Origin: a virus
Lineage: Duplodnaviria > Caudoviricetes
Strand: one strand, 5' to 3'
Virus record (IMG/VR): IMGVR_UViG_3300005404_000001
Span: 1-47,303 of that record
Length of the DNA: 47,303 bases
Under the pieces are notes generated by a model. That model saw only the letters and a program-made list of their open reading frames with translations, ran no database searches and was not told the DNA's origin. Positions 1 through 9,707 of this stretch are shown here, in pieces. Every line of letters begins with the position of its first letter. Position 1 is the first letter of the stretch. The position numbers and the translations under genes are program-made.

Positions 1-110
1 ACACGGTGAGGAAATAAGACACATACTTGGTCAAAAAGATGGAATAACTTCTATGATTAATTCTTTTGTGACCGAAGGTTTTGATGGGTTAGGACGATTG
101 CCTACCGATA
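1..110. repeat. 110-bp direct overlap with the window end (47194-47303); circular assembly, unit genome 47,193 bp
   Basis: Bases 1-110 are identical to 47194-47303 and the reading frame runs through the join. Confidence 0.97.
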
Positions 111-1912
111 TATTAAGTAGAAATCCAATGATGAGGGCTTTATTTGCTTTAGAAGTAGATAGAAGGTCTAAGTTATTAATCAAACAAGGTAAAAAAGATT
201 TTACTGCTAGTGAAATACAGACATTAGGAAGACAAGCTAAACAAGGTGCTATTGAGGAAACCCAGAAATTTATGTATAACATAGCTGAACAACCTAGACT
301 TGGTACTACATGGTTAAGATTTATAATGCCTTTCTTTGCGGCTCAAGTAGAGGTTGTAAGTGTATGGGCCGGATTAGCAAGAAGGGATCCAAGTATTATA
401 CCTAAAGCTAATATGTTATGGAAATCACCTAATCGTGCAGTTAATACAGAAGGTGGTATGGTAGAAGGTGCAGGGGGTAATTATAGTTTAATTACTACTG
501 ATGATGAAGGTAATGAATATATAACCTTAATGTTATCAGAACAATATACACAGGATAAAGAATGGTTTAATACTCATTGGGGTATGTATATTGCAGACGC
601 CACTTTTAGGTTTAACAAAGCCAGTTTTAACATGATGTTAAATAATCCAGTAGGTAATGGTGGACCGATTATAAATATATTGGCCAATGAATATTACATA
701 AGAAATCCTGAAAAAGAGAAAACTGCTATTGCAGAATACCTTTTATCATGGGGTGCTAAAGGTGGTACAAGTTTTCCTCAGAGAGTATTAGCTGGTCAAT
801 CACCTACTGTAAGAAGTATTGTTGAAGGATTTGATTTTTGGGGTGATTATAACGGACAAAAACAAAAAATGTTAATTGATGTGGCTACTTATTTTGACAC
901 CAGAGTAAGACTTGGTGAAATAGATTTGGTGACACCAGAGGAAATTTTTCATGCAACAGATACATTATGGTGGTTGTTTGCTAGTTTTAGATATTACTCA
1001 CCAGCCTCACCAATCATAGATACACCACTAAAACCTTATAGGGACGCTTATCAAGAATTAGTTGAAGAGTATGGGCCAGAGGAAGGTACAGAGAAATTTA
1101 TACAAAATTATGGTGATGAATATTTTGCAGTCACCAGAGGTAGAACAGTTAGTAAAACTGGATTGCCACCAACTATAGAAACAGAAAAAGCCACACAGAA
1201 ATTTAAAGATATTATTTTAGAGTTTCCAGAGTATGGTAGAATAATCGTAGGTGATGTGGCTGATGTAGGAGAGTTTTCATCTACCACTTTTGCGGCTCAA
1301 ATATCAAGTACCGTTGATGACCAATTTGGCCAGACTGTAATCGATAGGTTTGGTGCAGAAAGAGAATATAAGGATTTAACTGCTGATGATTTCTTAGAGG
1401 ATGGTAGATTAAAAGATATTGACGCCGATATTGGATACCAGAAATATGGTAAATTAATGGATTATGTGGATAGTGTAATGATGGAGATGGGTCTACCTAA
1501 CTTAATGGTAAAAGACGCATATAAATTAAGAGAGTATCGCACCGAGGAATTAGACAAGATATTGGAAGAACACCCAGGATTCGCAGAGGATTTTTATAAA
1601 AATAGAGATTTATCACCAGATAGATGGGATAATAAAATAGCTGATATGGAGAAAATAGTATTAGCAGTAATGGATCCTGCAATAACTAATGATTGGTTAT
1701 CAAGACCAGACATGGTAGGTTTAGCAGTTTATATAGATAACAGAAACCAAATGAAAGAAGTTTTACAAGGCAGTAAATATAAATCTCTGGACGCTAAAGC
1801 CAATACTAAACTTGCTTATGAATGGGCCTCAATAGTTGCAGATATTATTGCAGAGTATCCAGAATTTGCTAGTATATATTATAGGTACCTTGAAGGAGAC
1901 CCGGTTAATTAA
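1..1912 (+). CDS. C-terminal part of the ~2,073-aa internal virion/ejection protein that starts at 42884
   Basis: Track ORF 53..1912 is in frame with the open frame from 42884 across the join (...VIHGEEIRHILGQKDGITSMINSF...). Confidence 0.85.
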   Translation, partial: HGEEIRHILGQKDGITSMINSFVTEGFDGLGRLPTDILSRNPMMRALFALEVDRRSKLLIKQGKKDFTASEIQTLGRQAKQGAIEETQKFMYNIAEQPRLGTTWLRFIMPFFAAQVEVVSVWAGLARRDPSIIPKANMLWKSPNRAVNTEGGMVEGAGGNYSLITTDDEGNEYITLMLSEQYTQDKEWFNTHWGMYIADATFRFNKASFNMMLNNPVGNGGPIINILANEYYIRNPEKEKTAIAEYLLSWGAKGGTSFPQRVLAGQSPTVRSIVEGFDFWGDYNGQKQKMLIDVATYFDTRVRLGEIDLVTPEEIFHATDTLWWLFASFRYYSPASPIIDTPLKPYRDAYQELVEEYGPEEGTEKFIQNYGDEYFAVTRGRTVSKTGLPPTIETEKATQKFKDIILEFPEYGRIIVGDVADVGEFSSTTFAAQISSTVDDQFGQTVIDRFGAEREYKDLTADDFLEDGRLKDIDADIGYQKYGKLMDYVDSVMMEMGLPNLMVKDAYKLREYRTEELDKILEEHPGFAEDFYKNRDLSPDRWDNKIADMEKIVLAVMDPAITNDWLSRPDMVGLAVYIDNRNQMKEVLQGSKYKSLDAKANTKLAYEWASIVADIIAEYPEFASIYYRYLEGDPVN

Positions 1913-4200
1913 TGAATAGTGTAAAACTTTACATAGAACTGATACAAAAAGCCCTAAATGGTTCAATCACAACACAAGAGGCAGAGGCATTAAAAGCATT
2001 AGATACACTCATAGAAACTGAGGATAAATTAGATGAAGGTGTATTAGATTTAGACCAATACTCATGGGCATTTGGCCCAACAGTCACCGAGGTTTTAAAT
2101 AATGCAGAGCCTAATAATTCATCAATGGCTGAAGTGTTAGGTAATTTTAGACCATCGACAGATAAATTTATGAATAGAAGTTCAACTAATCCATTTCAAG
2201 TTATTAATGGTGTGCATGAAAAAGCCAAAGTAATGGACGCTATGACTTTAGATAATCCTATAGAAAAAGCAATGGAAATGCACGAGGCTTTGGGGTTTGT
2301 TCCAGCTAATTTCCAAACTGAGGCAGAAAATTCTTTAGCTCCTTTAATGCAGTTTTTAGATACCACAGACCAAATAGAAAATTCTTTATATAATCTACCT
2401 ACAAATAAGCCATATAATTTTACTGAAAGTGAATGGGCTACATTAAAAGGTTATGATGATTTTGAAGGAGTTGTAGAAAATGAGGTTGTTGAAGTATTAG
2501 CTAAATGGGTAGCCTCTATAGGTGTACCTATAGCTGGGGGATTTGTAGGTGGAGTACCAGGAGCATTAGGTGGGGCAGCCGTAGCACCAGAAATGCCTAT
2601 TGAGGACACAATAGCTTTATTACCTGAACCAATACAAGCAGGATTTTGGGATAGTTTACCAGCATGGGCAGTACCATTATTTAAAAAATCAAACCCTTCA
2701 AGTAATATTGATGAGGCATTAGAGGCCGCTAAAGGAAAAGGTGGAGCAGTAGATTTAGAGAAATGGACACAAGCCAAAAACGCAGGGTCCATAGAGGAGT
2801 TTAATGACATCATGGATCCCAAAAATAAAACTGCGGTTCAAAGATTTACTGGATGGATAAGTAGTTGGAAAAATCCTATAGCAAAGAAATGGGTTAAAAG
2901 GATTGTTTTACCTTTCGCCTTCTTTGCGGCAGCAGGTACAATGTCAAGACTAGGAAGTGGAGATGTACCTGACCCAGTTTTTGAACCAGGTGCTTTGGAT
3001 GGTGAAAGTGCATATATACCAATAGATGAGAATCCCGCAATGGAAGATACTCAACAACCTGATACTACTACCATAGAAGGTGTTGCTGAGAGTAGTACCT
3101 TAGATACAACTCCATTTGACCCGGAAGATGATACACCAACCATAGAAAGTTTTATGAACGAGTATGGGCCTAATCCATGGAAATCAGGTTATTATGTTGT
3201 GCCTGACCAACAAGAGTTAGCAGATGGTATGTTTGAAGGATTAGACTACGCTGGTAATTTTTATAAATCACCAGAAATGCCTGAAGGCGCTATGGGTGGG
3301 GGTTGGAATCCACAAGATTATTTTCCTATGTTAAAACCAGGAACTACGATACCAAATAAATTATTTACTCAATATGGTGACAAGACTTGGCTACAACTTA
3401 TAGCAGAGGCAAGTAATAAATATAATGTACCTGCAGAAATAATTTATGGTATTATGTTTCAAGAAACTGGGGGCACTATGGATAACTTCCAGATAGTTAA
3501 TGATACAAATGGTTATGATTCCGTAGGATTTGGTGGTATTAATATGGCACCAGATAACTTCGGAGAAGGTGGGGAAGATGATTTTATTTGGGGTTCTATT
3601 TCACCAGACCAAGCTACAGACCCAGCATTTGCCATTAACTTTATTGCCTTTGAAATAGATAGGTATAGAGATTACTATGATGGTAATATGGCAGCCTCAA
3701 TAATTAAATATAGAGGTGGTATAAAGCAAGGTCAAACCTATGCAGATACTGGTCAATTCTTTAGTGATTTAGACCAAGATTATTTAACAAAAGTATATGG
3801 TTGGGCTACACAATCAGGTATTGGTGAGATTTATACTCCGTTAGTTCAAGAGGCATTAGGTAAAGATGTAAAAAGAGAATGGGATCCTTATGTAGCAAAA
3901 GAGGACGATGTTATGAAAGGATTTGTGGATAATGTCTTTGAGAACCAATATGGTAGAAAAGCCGTTCAAGCTGACTATGATTATTGGTTGCCACAGATAT
4001 TAGAAATGGACCATGAAACTTATGTTGCAAAACAAACCGCTTTAGATGATAGCCAGAAGTATGAAGGTCAAACTGTTCTTGGTAAATTAAATGAAGGTGT
4101 AGAAGGAACTGGAGAGGCTGAGTATTATAAAGAAAAGAAAGATTACCAAACTGTGCAAGATTGGTTTAGTAGCAATATGCTAAGAGGATTTGATGTTTAA
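1912..4200 (+). CDS. internal virion protein with lytic transglycosylase (SLT-like) domain
   Basis: IAEASNKYNVPAEIIYGIMFQETGG...GFGGIN...DPAFAINF...IIKYRGG resembles the SLT/lysozyme-like motifs; TAATG-coupled within the virion operon. Confidence 0.7.
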   Translation: MNSVKLYIELIQKALNGSITTQEAEALKALDTLIETEDKLDEGVLDLDQYSWAFGPTVTEVLNNAEPNNSSMAEVLGNFRPSTDKFMNRSSTNPFQVINGVHEKAKVMDAMTLDNPIEKAMEMHEALGFVPANFQTEAENSLAPLMQFLDTTDQIENSLYNLPTNKPYNFTESEWATLKGYDDFEGVVENEVVEVLAKWVASIGVPIAGGFVGGVPGALGGAAVAPEMPIEDTIALLPEPIQAGFWDSLPAWAVPLFKKSNPSSNIDEALEAAKGKGGAVDLEKWTQAKNAGSIEEFNDIMDPKNKTAVQRFTGWISSWKNPIAKKWVKRIVLPFAFFAAAGTMSRLGSGDVPDPVFEPGALDGESAYIPIDENPAMEDTQQPDTTTIEGVAESSTLDTTPFDPEDDTPTIESFMNEYGPNPWKSGYYVVPDQQELADGMFEGLDYAGNFYKSPEMPEGAMGGGWNPQDYFPMLKPGTTIPNKLFTQYGDKTWLQLIAEASNKYNVPAEIIYGIMFQETGGTMDNFQIVNDTNGYDSVGFGGINMAPDNFGEGGEDDFIWGSISPDQATDPAFAINFIAFEIDRYRDYYDGNMAASIIKYRGGIKQGQTYADTGQFFSDLDQDYLTKVYGWATQSGIGEIYTPLVQEALGKDVKREWDPYVAKEDDVMKGFVDNVFENQYGRKAVQADYDYWLPQILEMDHETYVAKQTALDDSQKYEGQTVLGKLNEGVEGTGEAEYYKEKKDYQTVQDWFSSNMLRGFDV

Positions 4201-5546
4201 TGGCTGAGGATACACCAACATTTAAGTGGTTTAGATATGATACTGGTTCTTATGGTACTACTTCTGAAAGTAGTCCACCAGAAGGTGCTAAATTTTTAGA
4301 GGATATAGATGAATTTAAAGATGAGGACGCAGATAAATTTACCTTAGAAAATCTACCCACTGTAGATGATGTATTGGCTATGATAAAATCTGATGATGAG
4401 GGACAAGACCCACCTAATCCTGGTGGGGGTCCAGAAAATACTGCACTTCTACAATTACCTCAAACTACAAAGATTGTAAAAGTAGGCGATGAAATACGAG
4501 CCGTATTAGAATTTAGCGATGGTCTAGGTGCGGCATGGTATGACCTTACAGATGTTCAATTTAATAATTTAGGTTCACCGGCCGCTGAGGAATCATACGC
4601 TAACGCCAGTCAGTTTCAAGCTAAGTATGGTGACTTCTACTTTGGTAATGTAAATGAAATAGAAATCAATGGAGATGTGGCTTGGCAACAAATGACCAAA
4701 TCTATCTTTGCTGAGTTTGGAGCTTTTGTACCATTAGACACACCTGAATTAAAAAGATTAGTTTTACAAGGATATTTAGAAGGCTGGGATTCTAAACAAG
4801 TAGAGGCGGCCTATAAAAATACTTCTTATTATAATAACATGTCAAATGCCGCCAGAGATTGGGCAGGCATGTCAGATACAGAAAAAGAATTAGCCGTAGA
4901 AAGACAAGCCTATGGTTTATTATCTCATTATGTTTTTGAAAATGGTGAATATCCTGCTGATGGATTAAAACATTTTACAGACCAAGCCAAACAAATAGCA
5001 AGTGGTCAAACAACTGCTGAGGCTATTCAATATAGTATGACTACTGAGGCTCAAGGTGTTGTAGGCTCACCTGCAGAACAAAGAGTAAGTGACCAACTCT
5101 CAGCTAAAAATGCCGCTATCGGTCAAGACAATGCCAACTATTCAAGAATATTAAATAGCCACAATGTTTATTATGGTAATCATGTAGCAGTAGATGAAGG
5201 CCACTATCGTGAATTAGCAAGGCAATTATCTACAAATGAGATAGATTGGAATAGCGTAATGAATACAATACAAACTGGTTCAGGTGCTACACATATAGGT
5301 AAAGACCCAACATTAACATGGAACCAATATTCATCTGGTGCTAAAGCAATATTAAAAGAAGGTTTAGAATTAAACTCAGTAGAAAATAATGACCCATTAT
5401 TACTTAAAGTTTTAGGTGGTGAATTACAGGGTAAAGATATAGACCTTGCAATAAGAGCCGATGATAGATTTTTAAAAACAAAAAAAGCGGAAAATGAATT
5501 TACGGATAGTGTTAATTCTATCGGAAGTATGCTAGGATTTGAATAA
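4200..5546 (+). CDS. virion structural/ejection protein, function unknown
   Basis: 448-aa ORF coupled to both neighbours within the virion operon. Confidence 0.6.
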   Translation: MAEDTPTFKWFRYDTGSYGTTSESSPPEGAKFLEDIDEFKDEDADKFTLENLPTVDDVLAMIKSDDEGQDPPNPGGGPENTALLQLPQTTKIVKVGDEIRAVLEFSDGLGAAWYDLTDVQFNNLGSPAAEESYANASQFQAKYGDFYFGNVNEIEINGDVAWQQMTKSIFAEFGAFVPLDTPELKRLVLQGYLEGWDSKQVEAAYKNTSYYNNMSNAARDWAGMSDTEKELAVERQAYGLLSHYVFENGEYPADGLKHFTDQAKQIASGQTTAEAIQYSMTTEAQGVVGSPAEQRVSDQLSAKNAAIGQDNANYSRILNSHNVYYGNHVAVDEGHYRELARQLSTNEIDWNSVMNTIQTGSGATHIGKDPTLTWNQYSSGAKAILKEGLELNSVENNDPLLLKVLGGELQGKDIDLAIRADDRFLKTKKAENEFTDSVNSIGSMLGFE

Positions 5547-6430
5547 TGGCTATTACTGATACGGATTTTATACAGAGAACTATACAGAATAATCCTTGGC
5601 TACAGTATTTTTCTACCGATTTTATTAACAATGTGGTAGACCTTGTTGTATTTCAAGGTATATCGGATCCCGGTGTTTTAATAGATGAGATAAGACAAAC
5701 CGATGATTATAAACAAAGGTTTGCTGGTTTAGTTCAAAGACAAGCGGCTGGTCTACCGCCTATGAAAGAAAGTGAATACCTAGAATATGAAAGGTCTGTA
5801 TTTACTATTTTAAATAGTTATGGTATAACAGATGTATTTGCAAGTGGTGGTATAACAGGCTCAGAGTTTAGAGATAATGTTGCTACTCTTGTGGCTGGTA
5901 ATGTCGATGTAGTAGATTTTGCCCGTAGAATAGATAGAGGTTATGCACAAGTAAGAGAGAGTTATGACCAAGTTAAAACCACATTTGAAAATTTTTATGG
6001 TGTATCACCAACAGAATCCGATTTACTTACATACTTTTTAGACCCATCTAAAGGGGTAGAAGTATTAGAAAATCAGATAGCCACTGCACAAATAGGTGGA
6101 GCGGCTATGAAATATGGATTAAATATAACTAGGTCAAGAGCCGACTTTTTAAGACAATATGGTGTGACCGAGGAACTAGCTAAAGATGGATTTTCAGAAG
6201 TAGCTAGAGAGAAGGAATCCTTGACAAAACTAGCAAGGATCCATAGTATTAGTCCATTGAGTGATGAACAAATACAAGATTATGTATTCCATGAGGATAC
6301 AAATGTTGCGGGTCAAAGAAAGAAAATATTTGACACCGCCCTATCAGAATTTCAAGCTGGTACCACCGGACGATTTAGCCGAACAGGCGGTCTATCCGGC
6401 TTAGGTGAAACTCGTAGAGGTGGATACTAG
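5546..6430 (+). CDS. virion-associated hypothetical protein
   Basis: 294-aa coupled ORF preceding scaffold and capsid genes. Confidence 0.6.
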   Translation: MAITDTDFIQRTIQNNPWLQYFSTDFINNVVDLVVFQGISDPGVLIDEIRQTDDYKQRFAGLVQRQAAGLPPMKESEYLEYERSVFTILNSYGITDVFASGGITGSEFRDNVATLVAGNVDVVDFARRIDRGYAQVRESYDQVKTTFENFYGVSPTESDLLTYFLDPSKGVEVLENQIATAQIGGAAMKYGLNITRSRADFLRQYGVTEELAKDGFSEVAREKESLTKLARIHSISPLSDEQIQDYVFHEDTNVAGQRKKIFDTALSEFQAGTTGRFSRTGGLSGLGETRRGGY

Positions 6431-6513
6431 ATGAATAACGGAACCCTGACCGTATCAGGCGAACTAAATAACCTTATTGGTTCTCCGACCAATAAGCGTA
6501 TAAAGGAGAAACT

Positions 6514-7125
6514 ATGAGTAAATTCGAGGAATTAATCGGACAAGCAAAAGAAGGAAACATTGAGGCATTAGACCAGTTAGAGGCTGAGTTTAGTGGTTCT
6601 GCATTAAGAGAAAAAGCTGAAAAGGCCAGTGAGCTACAAGCACAAGTAGACCAACTTGCTCCTTTCGCCAAAGAGGCAAAAATAAAATCTCTTAAAGATA
6701 GTCTACCAGAGGCATACCAAAGTGTGGATTTAAATGCTGATGACCTGATTGATGTTGCCCCTACGGATATTACACTAGAAACTCTTATTATCAAGGCACA
6801 AGGAAAGCAAAAAGCTGAACTTGAGTTTCAAACTAAGGCTGCTCATGCGGCTGGCTTTGATAATGTTGAGGCGTATAAAGAGGCATTGGAAAGTATCAGG
6901 CCCGAGCCTTCAGGGGTGCAACCCTCTGAGGCCGTTAGCGATATGGAGAAAATCGCAACTGCGGCTACCGGTACTTCTAGTGGTATACCAGACAATAGTG
7001 TAGATACTTCCAAATTGGCAGCCGATACCTACAAGCAATCAAAGAAATCAGGTAAAGCAGATGACTACGCAATAGGCGAGGCATTAGAGGCTTTATTTGA
7101 TAATCAGATTAACCAGGAGAACTAA
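6514..7125 (+). CDS. capsid scaffolding protein (putative)
   Basis: Acidic, Ala/Glu/Lys-rich helical composition; AAGGAG RBS; lies upstream of the major capsid gene. Confidence 0.65.
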   Translation: MSKFEELIGQAKEGNIEALDQLEAEFSGSALREKAEKASELQAQVDQLAPFAKEAKIKSLKDSLPEAYQSVDLNADDLIDVAPTDITLETLIIKAQGKQKAELEFQTKAAHAAGFDNVEAYKEALESIRPEPSGVQPSEAVSDMEKIATAATGTSSGIPDNSVDTSKLAADTYKQSKKSGKADDYAIGEALEALFDNQINQEN

Positions 7126-7126
7126 T

Positions 7127-7414
7127 TTGAGAATTTGTCAGGCATGTGGGATAAAGCAAGACCATAATAGGAATTTCTGTACCGATTGCAACTCTGTGGT
7201 TGATACACTAGAAATGAACATAGCCCCTTCGGCTATGCCATCGACAAAAAATAATAAACCGCCGCGTAGACCAACAAATGCGTGGGAAAAGGGTACAAGA
7301 AAAGATGAGCGAGGAGTTGCTTATCTTGACAAACAAGGTAAACCCTTAAAAAATGGCGAAGGTTTTAATCAACATGATTATAAACCCAAGCCGATAAGTA
7401 TAAGTGCTAATTAA
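7127..7414 (+). CDS. small zinc-ribbon protein
   Basis: CQAC...CTDC; likely TTG start at 7127 after AGGAG (track start 7097 overlaps the scaffold gene). Confidence 0.6.
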   Translation: MRICQACGIKQDHNRNFCTDCNSVVDTLEMNIAPSAMPSTKNNKPPRRPTNAWEKGTRKDERGVAYLDKQGKPLKNGEGFNQHDYKPKPISISAN

Positions 7415-7427
7415 TAGGAGAATATAA

Positions 7428-8540
7428 ATGGCTACACAATCAGGTACAAGGCGTACCTATGATTCCACTATCGGGGTTAAACTCGATATGGAAGACGCAA
7501 TCCATTTGATTTCACCTTTTGATGTGCCTTTCTTAGGTACTTACGGTGCAGAAGGCGGTTCAGCTTTATCATCGGAAGATACATCATCTAAAAAAGTAGA
7601 ATGGATAGAGGACGAACTCGTTCCGGCATCCGATGCAATTAATATGGGTAGCAACATAAATAACTCAGCCACAACTTTAACAGTTGATAATGGTGGTTAT
7701 TTTAAGGCTAATGACCTTATTAGAGTAGATGATGAACTTTTAACAGTATCAGCGGTATCAGGCAACAACTTAACAGTTGCTAGAGGTTATGGGGACAGTA
7801 CTGCTGCCGCCCATAATGATGATGCTGTTGTGTATATATTAGGAACACTACCAGTTGAAGGTGCGGATCCAGTATCCGGGGTAAACTTTCAAAGAGTTTC
7901 CAAATATAACATGACACAAATATACCAAGATGAGTTAGAGGTCACTCGTTCCGAGGAAAAAGCCGCTAAATACGGTGTAAGTTCTGAGATTGCATACCAA
8001 GGTGGTAAGAGGCTTAAAGAAGCCGCAATCAAAATGGAACAAAACCTTATTCTGGGATCCAGAAATGAGGACACTTCAAACAAGAAAAGGTCCATGGGTG
8101 GACTTGACTACTTCATTACAAGTAATGTGGATAGCTCAACTAACACACTAACCATGGCAAAAATCAACGACCAAATGCAGAACTCATTTGACGCCGGCGG
8201 TAATGTTTCATTACTTGTCGTAGGTGGCGCTCAAAAGAGAAAAATCAACGCATTTGATTCCGATGATATTCGTTTCTCACAGGACGAAAACATCAGAGGT
8301 GCAGTCGTAGATTACTTGGATACCGATTTCGGTAGAGTGTATGTAATGTTAAACAGATGGGTACCAAGCGATATGTTGTTTGGACTAGAACCACAATACA
8401 TCAACCTAGTATGGTTTGATAGATGGTTCATGGAGGCACTAGCAAAAACTGGTGACCGCCAACAATTTCAACTCATTGGGGAATCCTCAATGAAAGTTAA
8501 AAATGAAAAAGCCCATTTCAAATTTAACGCATTAACATAA
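7428..8540 (+). CDS. major capsid protein (SU10/DUF5309-like) with an inserted beta domain
   Basis: ISPFDVPF, KVEWIEDEL, NMTQIY, KRLKE..MEQNLI, RSMGGL, TDFG, LAKTGD motifs; AGGAG RBS. Confidence 0.88.
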   Translation: MATQSGTRRTYDSTIGVKLDMEDAIHLISPFDVPFLGTYGAEGGSALSSEDTSSKKVEWIEDELVPASDAINMGSNINNSATTLTVDNGGYFKANDLIRVDDELLTVSAVSGNNLTVARGYGDSTAAAHNDDAVVYILGTLPVEGADPVSGVNFQRVSKYNMTQIYQDELEVTRSEEKAAKYGVSSEIAYQGGKRLKEAAIKMEQNLILGSRNEDTSNKKRSMGGLDYFITSNVDSSTNTLTMAKINDQMQNSFDAGGNVSLLVVGGAQKRKINAFDSDDIRFSQDENIRGAVVDYLDTDFGRVYVMLNRWVPSDMLFGLEPQYINLVWFDRWFMEALAKTGDRQQFQLIGESSMKVKNEKAHFKFNALT

Positions 8541-8551
8541 TGGGAACCGTT

Positions 8552-8584
8552 AGAGGGACTATCTCAACTTATGAGGGTCCCTCT
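8552..8584 (+). terminator. hairpin after the capsid gene (terminator or mRNA stabiliser)
   Basis: AGAGGGAC...GTCCCTCT stem with inner CTCA/TGAG; no U-tract. Confidence 0.45.
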
Positions 8585-8613
8585 GACCCCAAACCAGAAC
8601 AAGAGGAAGAATA

Positions 8614-8826
8614 ATGGAGGCAAAAGTTAATTTAAGTCAAATACTACAAGGGGGTTTAGCTGCCTTGGTAGGTTGGTTATTTAAAACAGTTAATGACCTT
8701 CAACAAGAAGTAGCAACTTTAAAGGCACAGGTTCAAGCATATCAAGATAGTATTTCAGGGTTTAATCAAAACTTAACAATTATTGAGGAAGTAATCCGTG
8801 AAATATTATTTAAAGTAGGAGGATAA
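8614..8826 (+). CDS. small membrane-anchored coiled-coil protein
   Basis: Hydrophobic N-terminus (GGLAALVGWLF) then heptad-like segment; GAGG RBS. Confidence 0.6.
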   Translation: MEAKVNLSQILQGGLAALVGWLFKTVNDLQQEVATLKAQVQAYQDSISGFNQNLTIIEEVIREILFKVGG

Positions 8827-9707
8827 TGGCAGCCGCAAGTACCATAATAGATAGAATAACTAAAGCCTTTAATAGGCATGACAACGCAGATATATTAGCT
8901 ACGGACATGAACGCAAGTACCACAAGTTTGGTATATACTGGAATTCTACCAGCATGGGGACCAGGCTCAGTTGCAGAAGTTGACCAAGAATTAATGTTGG
9001 TTCAAACTGTGGATACCACTTTAAAAACTGCTACTGTTATAAGAGGTTGGTTAAATTCTACTGCCGCTACTCATAGTGCAAATACACCTATCTATGTAAA
9101 TCCTAGAGTTTCAAGGGCTGATGTTTTAGATTTATTTAACGATTGCCTTACTTCAATATATCCAACTATATATAAAACTTCTACAACCACTGCTACATAT
9201 AGCAATAATACCATTGGATATAATATGCCGTCAGATACATCTAAAATATTAACCGTTCAATATCAAGTAAATACCAATGCAAGTCAATGGGAACATATAG
9301 GTGATTTTGAATTAATGCACCACATGGACACAAGTGATTTCTCTGGGGGTAAAGCAGTTATGATAAGAAAATCTTTACCATCCTCAGCAACTATTCGTAT
9401 TACATACTCCTCACCTTTTACTAGATTTACTGCGGAAAATAATGATATGACCTCAGCAGTAGGCTTACAAGATTACATGACAGACCTTTTATTTTATTTT
9501 TCAATGAACCGATTAGCAGTTCAGGAAGAGTTAGAGAACACGCAGAAAAAGAACGCACAAAGTCATCAAAGGGCTCAGGAATCACCTCCATTCTTATCAG
9601 TAAGAACAGGCGAGTGGTACCAGGCTCGTTTTGAGGAATTGTTGCAAGATTGTAAAAACCGACTACACTTGGATAATAAACCATTTATAATGAGTAGATA
9701 TGGCTAG
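8826..9707 (+). CDS. head-tail adaptor / tail tubular protein (putative)
   Basis: Position after capsid gene; carries the same RG..T.A.H beta domain as the capsid insertion. Confidence 0.55.
   Translation: MAAASTIIDRITKAFNRHDNADILATDMNASTTSLVYTGILPAWGPGSVAEVDQELMLVQTVDTTLKTATVIRGWLNSTAATHSANTPIYVNPRVSRADVLDLFNDCLTSIYPTIYKTSTTTATYSNNTIGYNMPSDTSKILTVQYQVNTNASQWEHIGDFELMHHMDTSDFSGGKAVMIRKSLPSSATIRITYSSPFTRFTAENNDMTSAVGLQDYMTDLLFYFSMNRLAVQEELENTQKKNAQSHQRAQESPPFLSVRTGEWYQARFEELLQDCKNRLHLDNKPFIMSRYG

Noticed and set aside
53-1912. Stand-alone 619-aa gene
   Set aside because: The frame is open upstream across the join; it is the tail of the 42884 gene.
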